Below, piece after piece: positions 19,978-28,249 of a stretch of 64,000 nt of DNA. The position numbers and the translations under genes were made by a program. A model generated the notes under the pieces. The model made no database searches. It had not been told where the DNA came from and was given only the letters and a program-made list of their open reading frames with translations. Source of the stretch: Desulfobacterales bacterium (GTDB lineage Bacteria; Desulfobacterota; Desulfobacteria; Desulfobacterales; JAHDSC01); contig JAFGES010000095.1 of NCBI GenBank assembly GCA_016931455.1, positions 12,487-76,486 of the forward strand, written 5' to 3'. Each line of letters begins with the position of its first letter. Positions within the stretch are counted from its first letter, which is position 1.

Positions 19978-20343
19978 TCAACGAAGCACTTTTTTAATTA
20001 CTGCCAACAGTTGTTCAGGATTAAAAGGTTTGACGATCCATCCTGTGGCACCGGCAGCCTTACCTTCCGCCTTTTTTTCTTCTTGGGATTCGGTTGTCAG
20101 CATGATAATGGGCATGAATTTATATCGGGATTCAGCGCGAACCTTCTTAATTAATCCAATTCCATCTAAATTCGGCATATTAAGATCGGTTATCAACATA
20201 TTTACCTGATTAGCAGTGAGCTTATTTAAAGCATCTTGCCCATCCACCGATTCTAAAACATCGTAACCCGCCTGCTTCAGGGTGAAGCTGACCATTTGCC
20301 TGACACTGGCCGAGTCATCGACTGTCAAGATTACTTTTGACAT
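19978..20343 (-). CDS. cheY: CheY-like single-domain response regulator (module 2)
   Basis: Receiver residues are present (TVDDS, ITDLNMP, LTTES, VKPF). Confidence 0.85.
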   Translation of the reverse strand: MSKVILTVDDSASVRQMVSFTLKQAGYDVLESVDGQDALNKLTANQVNMLITDLNMPNLDGIGLIKKVRAESRYKFMPIIMLTTESQEEKKAEGKAAGATGWIVKPFNPEQLLAVIKKVLR

Positions 20344-20354
20344 TTGGCGCCTCT

Positions 20355-20660
20355 TTAAACAAAGTTTAATGTATTTTCAGTATCTAGACCAATAAGGGAT
20401 GCAGCCTCATAAAAGCATTTGGAAACATTGGTGATTTTTAAAGTTTTACCTGTTTGCTTTGCTGTTTTTTGAGCTGAACAAATAAGCTGAATTCCGGCCG
20501 TATCCAAATCGTTTGTGTTGCTGAGATCAAGGACCAAATCATTATAATTTTCAAAACACATCAGCAACTCATGTCGAAGGGAGGCAACCTCATATATGGT
20601 TAAAGCACCTTCGATTTTTAGGAGTGCTTGTTCGTTTTTTTCCTCTAATGTGAAACCCAT
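20355..20660 (-). CDS. STAS-domain protein (anti-sigma-factor-antagonist fold)
   Basis: 101 aa with SpoIIAA/RsbV-like layout (LKIEGALTIYEVASLRHELL ... LVLDLSNTNDLDTAGIQLI ... LKITNVS). Confidence 0.75.
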   Translation of the reverse strand: MGFTLEEKNEQALLKIEGALTIYEVASLRHELLMCFENYNDLVLDLSNTNDLDTAGIQLICSAQKTAKQTGKTLKITNVSKCFYEAASLIGLDTENTLNFV

Positions 20661-20822
20661 CAGTTCCCTCTTTTCCTATCTTTAAAATGTTGATGACAAA
20701 CTTCTGAAAAATTTTCATCGGTCATGATTATAATTTGGGTTATAAATGTGTGAACACAAGGTTCGTCCCTATTGGAAATCGGAGAGCCTTCATTCTACAA
20801 TTCATAATGGATAGGGCGCTGT

Positions 20823-22808
20823 TCAGAAGAGTTCAACGTTGTCTCCTAGGTCATCATCTTCTTGAGCATTTTCAAAAAGGGTCTTTGATTGCACGCCCGA
20901 ATTTCTATCTAAAGTATTTTTTGCTTTGGAGGATGTATGGCAGCAGTTTGTCTCATCCGACACCATTGATTCGTTTGTTTCTTTAAGTATTCGATTGTGG
21001 ATGCTGCGCTCACTTTGCATCGTGTATCTATGCGATGCGAGATCGATTTCATTTTGAATTTTCAAATCTTTTTGGGCCGACCATGTCTCTAACAACTTTG
21101 CCATCCCGTTGATCTGATTAAGGCATTTTTTCAGCCGGTCATTTAACTCAGTAAAAAAACAAAGATCCGATCTGATATGTTCTATTGTTTTCTTCACGGT
21201 ATATGACTGTTGCAGGGTTGTTGTAGAATTCATTCGTAACTTTTTGTAAGCTGTGGAAATTTGATCAATCCCAATCTGAAGGGGCGTTTTGGATTTTTTA
21301 TCTTTCGACATCTGTGTTCTTTTTTCCCAAGACTGATTTTTTAAATTCCGGGCCAAAGCATTGATCGATTGGAGAATTTCCACTACTTGATTTACGAATA
21401 TCTCTGATTCATTTGAAATTTTTGTTACCTCTTGCGCAAGAACATCAAGTGTTTTGCCTTTATCATTTAAGTGTGCCGTCTTAACAATGGCATTTAGGGC
21501 TTTAAGGTGAAGATCTATACTGATTCCGCGAACTTGATTGACATATTGCGAAAGATGGGATGCGGTTTTGGATGTTTGTATCGCGGTTTGAATCATTTGA
21601 CAGCCAAGCTCGTTTCCTTGAATACTTAGTTGATCGAGATGTTCAAGGTTGGCTTTTAGCGTTTTAAGCGGTATTTCGATTTGACTTTTTGTGGTTCCCT
21701 GAAGGGTTTGTGCCGACATGTTGTTTGCCAGTAAGTCGGCTTCACTCTCAATATCTTCAAATGCGGAATTTATTTTTTGATGTGCCCCATTGATTTCAGC
21801 GATAACATGTTCTAATTGAGCTGCTTGGAGACTTAAAATTGAATATGCTCGACCTAAAACAGCATCCGGATCGAGGTTAGGGATTTTTTCATTACAAATA
21901 CTTTCCAAATCCCGGAGAGATGACACAATATGCTCGATCTTTTGTTTAGCGATGTCTTGGAATTGGATTGCCATCACGATTTCGCTGATCTGATTCGAAA
22001 TGTTTTGTGAATGGAAACCGGCCTTTTTGAATACTTCCACCAAGAGCTCCATAAGATGGGATATTTCACGGATTGAATTTTTTACAGTCTTATCGGCATC
22101 ATCCTTGAGTTTGCATAAATGGGCGATGCCTTCGGATACCTGATTGTGGGCCAGCATCTGATGAGATCGTTCCGAATAGGCGTGATCACGGATGTTTTGC
22201 GAAATTTCAAGAATATTTATGGTAATCTCTCTGATTTCTTGAATAAAAACTGTGAACATTTTTAAAGATTGCCTTGAGCGTGAGCTTTCAACCGCAATAT
22301 TAAAGCCGATGACATTAAGTGACATGGCTGTTTTTTCAATTATTTTGCATAGGTTATATAAATTTTTTAGATGTTCCGAACCATCCTTTATGCTTTGCAT
22401 GCAATTTGATAATCGGGATTCACAGCTCTGAAGTTCGGATAGAGCCTCTCCGACAATTCCTGAGATATTGTTCAAAATATTATCTTCAGATTTCCCACCC
22501 AGCATTTGTGCGGTTTCAACTGTTTGTCGGGCCAATTCATGACTATCGGAATAAACGGATTGGAGATCTTGACCGAGCTGCAAAAATTTTGGTTCGGCAT
22601 GTTTAATGCTTGCTTGAAGAAAGTCAATAAGCTCCGGCAGCTTAGATGATGTTTCATCAATTAAGGGGAATGCTTTATTGAAAGCAAAAAAAAATTTATT
22701 TTTTCTACGATTCCGGGGAAAAATATGGAATTTTTTTCTTATCTTTAACTTAGTATAATTTGTAAGCCAATTCACCATAATCTCCATCAAACGATTTGTA
22801 TTTTTCAA
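20823..22808 (-). CDS. Cytoplasmic MCP-like protein with two degenerate signalling-tip motifs
   Basis: aa 164-196 (LNVIGFNIAVESSRSRQSLKMFTVFIQEIREIT) and aa 435-465 (LKALNAIVKTAHLNDKGKTLDVLAQEVTKIS) both align position-by-position with the MCP tip [30 protein letters not shown]. An IQFQDIAKQKIEHI motif follows the first. No transmembrane segment. Start is uncertain (TTG at 22808 or ATG at 22787). Confidence 0.55.
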   Translation of the reverse strand: MKNTNRLMEIMVNWLTNYTKLKIRKKFHIFPRNRRKNKFFFAFNKAFPLIDETSSKLPELIDFLQASIKHAEPKFLQLGQDLQSVYSDSHELARQTVETAQMLGGKSEDNILNNISGIVGEALSELQSCESRLSNCMQSIKDGSEHLKNLYNLCKIIEKTAMSLNVIGFNIAVESSRSRQSLKMFTVFIQEIREITINILEISQNIRDHAYSERSHQMLAHNQVSEGIAHLCKLKDDADKTVKNSIREISHLMELLVEVFKKAGFHSQNISNQISEIVMAIQFQDIAKQKIEHIVSSLRDLESICNEKIPNLDPDAVLGRAYSILSLQAAQLEHVIAEINGAHQKINSAFEDIESEADLLANNMSAQTLQGTTKSQIEIPLKTLKANLEHLDQLSIQGNELGCQMIQTAIQTSKTASHLSQYVNQVRGISIDLHLKALNAIVKTAHLNDKGKTLDVLAQEVTKISNESEIFVNQVVEILQSINALARNLKNQSWEKRTQMSKDKKSKTPLQIGIDQISTAYKKLRMNSTTTLQQSYTVKKTIEHIRSDLCFFTELNDRLKKCLNQINGMAKLLETWSAQKDLKIQNEIDLASHRYTMQSERSIHNRILKETNESMVSDETNCCHTSSKAKNTLDRNSGVQSKTLFENAQEDDDLGDNVELF

Positions 22809-22837
22809 GACCGCTTTAACCCCATTTTAAACAGCTG

Positions 22838-22872
22838 ATTCATAATTATATTTTATACTGAATTCATAATTA
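22838..22872. repeat. 11-nt perfect direct repeat ATTCATAATTA x2 upstream of the receptor-like gene
   Basis: Copies lie at 22838-22848 and 22862-22872, 24 nt start-to-start. Each is preceded by TGA. They sit 30-65 nt upstream of the putative start. Confidence 0.35.
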
Positions 22873-23150
22873 CTTTTATCGGCCTGATGTTTTTTTTCTT
22901 TAATGATATAAGTAAAATACATTGTGACCGTAAAATTTTAACAATAAAAAAGCCAAAACCTTTTGCAATCTGGCTGAATCGAATTATATTTTATGCAGTT
23001 TTCAATTATTGCAATTTTGTATATTGTTTTTACAAAGTTTTGGTCATATCAGGATGGCGATATAAAATGGGGGACTTTTGAGATAAACTGATATATGTGT
23101 CAAGCTTTAGACTGCTGACATATAGTAGTGGGATTAAAGGAATTATATTT

Positions 23151-23993
23151 ATGATATTTGGTAAATACGAATGCTTTTCATTAGAGGTCGGCAGTTTTGC
23201 TTTAGATGGGGGAGCAATGTTCGGTATTGTGCCGAAAGTATTGTGGGAAAAGAAAATAAGCGCAGATGATCAAAATCGTATTCGATTGAAGTCTAGATCC
23301 CTTTTAATTAAAGGGAAAACAAGAAATATACTTATTGATACCGGTTTGGGGAGTAAATTGCCTTCGAAAATTAAAAAATTATATTCCGTCGATGATAACT
23401 CCGTTAAGATCGAACGATCATTATCAAAACATGGATTAAGCCTTAGTGATATTACCGATGTTGTTTTGACCCATCTTCATTTTGATCATGCAGGCGGATC
23501 TACACTTATCAAAAACGGTAAAGTTGTTCCGACGTTTCCGACTGCTAGACATTATGTGCAAAAAGACCAGTGGGCGGCGGCGATTAACCCTTCTTTAAGA
23601 GATAAAGCAAGTTATCGTAGAGAGGATTTTATTCCTCTCATGGAATCAAATCTTTTGGAGCTTGTTGATGGACCGACTGAACTGTTTCAAGGTATAGAAC
23701 TTATGGTAACAAATGGGCATACGCCTGGACAGCAGCATCCACTTATCAAAGGTAAAGATAGTTCACTTTTTTACTGTGCCGATCTTATCCCAACTTCCGC
23801 TCATCTTCCCATACTTTGGCATATGGCTTTTGATCATCTTTCCTCAACGATCATAAAAGAAAAAGAAAAAATTTTTATCAGAGCTTTGAAAGAAAATTGG
23901 GTTCTATTTTTTGAACATGATCCCAATTTTCCCGCCGCCCGAATTAAAACCGATAATAACAAGCTAAAGATTGATGAAGTGGTTTGGATTTGA
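23151..23993 (+). CDS. Metallo-beta-lactamase-fold hydrolase (lactonase-like HLHFDHAGG motif)
   Basis: VLTHLHFDHAGG plus downstream HTPGH. The ATG at 23151 has AAAGGAA 9 nt upstream, so I prefer it to the GTG at 23097. Confidence 0.75.
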   Translation: MIFGKYECFSLEVGSFALDGGAMFGIVPKVLWEKKISADDQNRIRLKSRSLLIKGKTRNILIDTGLGSKLPSKIKKLYSVDDNSVKIERSLSKHGLSLSDITDVVLTHLHFDHAGGSTLIKNGKVVPTFPTARHYVQKDQWAAAINPSLRDKASYRREDFIPLMESNLLELVDGPTELFQGIELMVTNGHTPGQQHPLIKGKDSSLFYCADLIPTSAHLPILWHMAFDHLSSTIIKEKEKIFIRALKENWVLFFEHDPNFPAARIKTDNNKLKIDEVVWI

Positions 23994-24026
23994 GGCGTAT
24001 AACGGTTTATCAAAAAAATAAAAAAG

Positions 24027-24055
24027 TTGACAATATTTTTGTAAGCTGCTAAAAG
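24027..24055 (+). promoter_or_regulatory. Candidate sigma70-type promoter for the ilv leader
   Basis: TTGACA (24027-24032), a 17-nt spacer, then TAAAAG (24050-24055). Lies about 30 nt upstream of the leader ATG. Confidence 0.35.
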
Positions 24056-24083
24056 TAATCAAAATTTAATTTGGGTCATATAA

Positions 24084-24173
24084 ATGAAAAAATTTGCCGC
24101 CATTAACATCCTTGTTAGCCTTATTCTTGTCCTCGTAGCAAAAATACTTATCTGCTGCGAGGAAGAGGGTTGA
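24084..24173 (+). CDS. ilv operon leader peptide (29 aa, Ile/Leu/Val-rich)
   Basis: MKKFAAINILVSLILVLVAKILICCEEEG has 15 of 29 residues as I, L or V. The stop codon is embedded in a segment complementary to the 5' arm of the downstream terminator. The SD is weak. Confidence 0.6.
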   Translation: MKKFAAINILVSLILVLVAKILICCEEEG

Positions 24174-24208
24174 TAATGGCTTAATTTTAATATCTTAGAA
24201 GAAAAAAA

Positions 24209-24248
24209 ATCCGTTATCAGCCCTAAAAAGTTGATAACGGATTTTTTT
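24209..24248 (+). terminator. Rho-independent terminator (ilv attenuator)
   Basis: ATCCGTTATCA (24209-24219) pairs with TGATAACGGAT (24232-24242) across a 12-nt loop, followed by T7. Located between the leader peptide and ilvD. Confidence 0.7.
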
Positions 24249-24267
24249 ATTTATGGAGATTATGCGA

Positions 24268-25938
24268 ATGAAAAGCGATATTGCCAAAAAAGGTATTGAA
24301 AGGGCTCCGCACCGCTCACTTTTTAAAGCAATGGGATATACGGATGAAGAGATCCGGAAACCTTTGATTGGGATTGCCAATTCGGTTAACAGCATTGTTC
24401 CCGGCCATATTCATCTGGATAAAATAACGGAAGCGGTCAAAGCCGGTGTTTATATGGCCGGTGGTACTCCCATTGAATTTGGAACCATCGGTATCTGCGA
24501 TGGAATTGCAATGAACCATGTGGGCATGAAATATTCGCTTGCAAGTCGGGAGCTAATCGCCGACTCAATTGAAGTGATGGCCGTTGCGCATGCCTTCGAT
24601 GCCCTAGTGATGGTACCGAATTGCGATAAAATTATTCCCGGTATGTTGATGGCTGCTGCACGCTTGGACTTACCAACGATTCTTATTAGCGGAGGCCCAA
24701 TGTTAGCTGGAAATTACCCTGGAAAAGCAGGTGAAGAGAAAATCGACCTGATTACAGTCTTTGAATCCGTCGGCGCCGTGATTTCCGGTAAGATGACGGA
24801 AGAAGAGCTTAATTTAATCGAAGATGCTGCTTGCCCAACCTGTGGATCCTGTGCCGGGATGTTTACGGCCAACTCTATGAATTGTTTAACCGAAGCGATC
24901 GGCATGGGACTGCCCGGAAACGGAACAATTCCGGCGGTGATGTCGGCTCGTATCCGTTTGGCCAAGAAAGCAGGGATGCAAGTTATGGATCTTCTCAATA
25001 AAAATATAACTCCCAGAAAAATTATGACCGACCAGGCTTTTAAAAATGCACTGACGGTTGATATGGCACTCGGCTGTTCAACAAATACAGTTCTGCATTT
25101 AACCGCTATCGCAAAAGAAGCTCAGGTTCCGATAGATCTTAGACAGATCAATGCGATCAGCCGGAAGACGCCACATCTGTGTTCACTTAGCCCCGGCGGC
25201 AAACACCATCTGGAAGATTTAAATCGTGCAGGGGGTATTTCCGCAGTTATTAAAGAGCTGGCCCGATTAGGGCTTATTCATGAGTCGTGCCTGACGGTAA
25301 CCGGTAAAACCGTCCGGGAAAACATATCAGAAGCATGGATTTTGGATGCCGATGTTATTCGATCTTTAGATCATCCCTATCATCAAGAGGGCGGTTTGGC
25401 GATTCTTTTCGGAAATCTTGCTCCTCAAGGATGTGTGGTCAAACAATCTGCTGTTTTGGATGAAATGTTGTGTCATGAGGGACCTGCCAGGATATTTGAT
25501 TCGGAAGAAGATGCAAGCCGGGCGATTATGGATGGTAAAATTAATAAGGGTGATGTCGTCGTTATTCGTTATGAGGGGCCGATGGGTGGACCCGGAATGC
25601 GGGAGATGTTGACCCCGACTTCAGCTATTGCCGGCATGCAACTGGATGCTCATGTCGCCTTGCTTACAGACGGTCGTTTTTCAGGGGGAACCCGGGGGGC
25701 ATCCATTGGACATATTTCGCCCGAAGCGATGCAAGGGGGACCGATTGCAATTGTAGCCGAGGGAGATTTGATATCCATCGATATCCCTGCAAAAAAAATT
25801 ACACTCAAGCTTTCTGATGAGGAAATCAAAAAAAGGTTATCAAAGTGGTCTCCACCGGTACCGAAGATAACGCATGGCTATATGGCCAGATATTCTCGTA
25901 TGGTTTCTTCCGCCAGTGACGGCGCGGTAGTAAAATAG
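24268..25938 (+). CDS. ilvD: Dihydroxy-acid dehydratase
   Basis: IlvD/Edd family sequence ([33 protein letters not shown]). GGAGA lies 8 nt upstream of the ATG at 24268. The ORF-track start at 24253 sits inside the terminator tail. Confidence 0.95.
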   Translation: MKSDIAKKGIERAPHRSLFKAMGYTDEEIRKPLIGIANSVNSIVPGHIHLDKITEAVKAGVYMAGGTPIEFGTIGICDGIAMNHVGMKYSLASRELIADSIEVMAVAHAFDALVMVPNCDKIIPGMLMAAARLDLPTILISGGPMLAGNYPGKAGEEKIDLITVFESVGAVISGKMTEEELNLIEDAACPTCGSCAGMFTANSMNCLTEAIGMGLPGNGTIPAVMSARIRLAKKAGMQVMDLLNKNITPRKIMTDQAFKNALTVDMALGCSTNTVLHLTAIAKEAQVPIDLRQINAISRKTPHLCSLSPGGKHHLEDLNRAGGISAVIKELARLGLIHESCLTVTGKTVRENISEAWILDADVIRSLDHPYHQEGGLAILFGNLAPQGCVVKQSAVLDEMLCHEGPARIFDSEEDASRAIMDGKINKGDVVVIRYEGPMGGPGMREMLTPTSAIAGMQLDAHVALLTDGRFSGGTRGASIGHISPEAMQGGPIAIVAEGDLISIDIPAKKITLKLSDEEIKKRLSKWSPPVPKITHGYMARYSRMVSSASDGAVVK

Positions 25939-26013
25939 GTGAATCTGTTTTCCGAAATTTTTAAAATATTATCAAGCTATTATATAACCTAAAGAAATAA
26001 CGAAGGATTTTTC

Positions 26014-27699
26014 ATGAAGCTCACAGGCGCACAAATCCTGATGGAGGTTCTTAAAGATGAAGGCGTTGAACTAATCTTTGGATATCCGGGGGCAGCGGCG
26101 ATTGATATTTATGATGAACTTGCAAAAACCGATATCCGCCATATATTGGTCCGCCATGAACAGGGGGCGGTTCATGCGGCTGATGGTTATGCCAGAGCCA
26201 GTGGCCAAGTAGGCGTCTGCCTGGTAACTTCCGGACCGGGGGCAACCAATACGGTTACTGGAATTGCATCGGCATATATGGATTCCATTCCTATTGTCGT
26301 TATCAGCGGCCAAGTTCCGACGCATCTTATTGGTAACGATGCTTTTCAGGAAGTAGATATTGTCGGCATTACAAGGCCATGTACCAAACACAACTATTTG
26401 GTCAAACATGCCGAGGATCTTGCAAGAATTATTAAAGAAGCTTTTTATATCGCTCGTTCCGGCCGTCCGGGTCCGGTTTTGGTTGATATACCCAAGGATG
26501 TTGCCAGAAAAAGAGTCAATTACAAAAATCAGATTGATGTGAAGATTAGGTCCTATAGTCCGACCTATAATCCGAATTTAAAGCAACTAAAAAAAATTAT
26601 AAATTTAATCAAAAGTTCTGAGAGACCCGTTATTTTTGCGGGTGGAGGTGTTATTTTATCAAAGTCTTCGAAAGATCTTACGGAATTTGCCCGTAAAACC
26701 TGTATTCCAGTGACAACTTCTCTGATGGGATTAGGGGCCTTTCCGGGAACGGATCCATTATCACTTGGAATGATCGGTATGCATGGTACCTATCGGGCGA
26801 ATAAATCCACCGGTGCTTGCGATCTGTTGATTGCCGTAGGCACTCGTTTTGATGACCGTGTCACCGGCAAGACTGCGGCTTTTGCTTCTCAGGCAAAAAT
26901 TGTTCATATTGATATTGATCCAACTTCAATCCGTAAAAATGTGCCGGTGACAATACCGGTTGTCGGCGATTGTAAAATTACCTTAGAGCATCTCAATCGC
27001 CTTATTGATGAAGTTGATTTTGGGGATATCAAACAAAAACAGAAAAAATGGCTGGATGAGATTGAACATTGGAAGAGCACAAAACCACTGGCCTATGTCC
27101 AAAGAGAATTGATTAAACCGCAATTTGTCGTTGAGAAACTTTACGAACTGACAAGGGGCGAAGCCATTATTACAACCGAGGTGGGCCAAAACCAAATGTG
27201 GACGGCTCAGTATTATCATTTTGATAAACCCGATCATTTCATTACATCAGGTGGCTTAGGCTGTATGGGATTCGGCCTGCCGGCTGCAATTGGTGCGCAA
27301 TTGGCCAAACCTGATAAAGTCGTCGTCGATGTTGCCGGTGACGGCAGCATTCAGATGAACATTCAGGAAATGGCGACTGCGGTCCAATACTGTCTTCCGA
27401 TCAAAGTCGTCATTTTGAATAATGGTTATCTGGGTATGGTCAGACAATGGCAGGAACTGTTTTATGAAAAACGCTATGCCTGCACAAGTATGGATCATAC
27501 ACCTGATTTTGTAAAACTGGCTGAGGCCTATGGGGCAGTCGGATTAAGAGCTACTAAACCGCAGGATGTTGAATCCGTTCTATCGGAAGGACTGTTAACC
27601 CCTAAGACCGTCATTATGGATTTTGTGGTTGATCCGGAAGAATGTGTTTATCCCATGGTTCCTGCAGGAGCTCCCATTACGGAAATGCTTCTGGTTTAA
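26014..27699 (+). CDS. ilvB: Acetolactate synthase large (catalytic) subunit
   Basis: ThDP-enzyme signature (GYPGAAAIDIYD, TSGPGATN, GLGCMGFGLPAAIGA, GDGSIQMNIQE). Confidence 0.9.
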   Translation: MKLTGAQILMEVLKDEGVELIFGYPGAAAIDIYDELAKTDIRHILVRHEQGAVHAADGYARASGQVGVCLVTSGPGATNTVTGIASAYMDSIPIVVISGQVPTHLIGNDAFQEVDIVGITRPCTKHNYLVKHAEDLARIIKEAFYIARSGRPGPVLVDIPKDVARKRVNYKNQIDVKIRSYSPTYNPNLKQLKKIINLIKSSERPVIFAGGGVILSKSSKDLTEFARKTCIPVTTSLMGLGAFPGTDPLSLGMIGMHGTYRANKSTGACDLLIAVGTRFDDRVTGKTAAFASQAKIVHIDIDPTSIRKNVPVTIPVVGDCKITLEHLNRLIDEVDFGDIKQKQKKWLDEIEHWKSTKPLAYVQRELIKPQFVVEKLYELTRGEAIITTEVGQNQMWTAQYYHFDKPDHFITSGGLGCMGFGLPAAIGAQLAKPDKVVVDVAGDGSIQMNIQEMATAVQYCLPIKVVILNNGYLGMVRQWQELFYEKRYACTSMDHTPDFVKLAEAYGAVGLRATKPQDVESVLSEGLLTPKTVIMDFVVDPEECVYPMVPAGAPITEMLLV

Positions 27700-27715
27700 A
27701 TAAAGGATTTTGAAC

Positions 27716-28210
27716 ATGTCGGAAGAAAAGAATATTCTTTCAATTCTGGTTGATAACGAGCCCGGCGTGCTGAGCCGGATCGTGGGGTTATTCAGCGGCA
27801 GAGGATATAACATTGAAAGTCTATGCGTCGCTGAAACCATGGATCCTCTCGTGTCCCGGATTACGATTACGACCATGGCCAATTTGCCTCTTGTCGAGCA
27901 AATAAAAAAGCAGCTCAATAAGCTTGTCAATGTGATCAAGGTACATGAACTCACCGGTACAAAGTTTGTTCAGAGGGAGCTGGTACTGATCAAGGTAAAA
28001 GCCAGACCTGAGCACCGCGCTGAAATTTTAAGAATTGTGGATATATTTAGGTGCAAAGTCATTGATGTCGGGTTGGAGCATTATACACTTGAAATAACCG
28101 GCGACGAAGACAAGCTGTCTGCGATATTAAGTCTTCTGAAACCGATAGGTATCAAAGAAATTGCCAGGACCGGCATTATTGCTATGTTCCGGGAACCGAA
28201 AAATAACTGA
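27716..28210 (+). CDS. ilvN: Acetolactate synthase small (regulatory) subunit
   Basis: ACT domain (ILSILVDNEPGVLSRIVGLFSGRGYNIESL). AAAGGA lies 8 nt upstream of the ATG at 27716. Confidence 0.9.
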   Translation: MSEEKNILSILVDNEPGVLSRIVGLFSGRGYNIESLCVAETMDPLVSRITITTMANLPLVEQIKKQLNKLVNVIKVHELTGTKFVQRELVLIKVKARPEHRAEILRIVDIFRCKVIDVGLEHYTLEITGDEDKLSAILSLLKPIGIKEIARTGIIAMFREPKNN

Positions 28211-28249
28211 CATATTTAATTTTTTAGCGATAGAATAAAGGAGAAAAAG

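Noticed and set aside
24195-24395. 66-aa minus-strand ORF overlapping the ilv terminator and the ilvD 5' end.
   Set aside because: It is antisense to ilvD and the attenuator, has no SD and shows odd composition. The region is better explained by the leader and terminator on the + strand.
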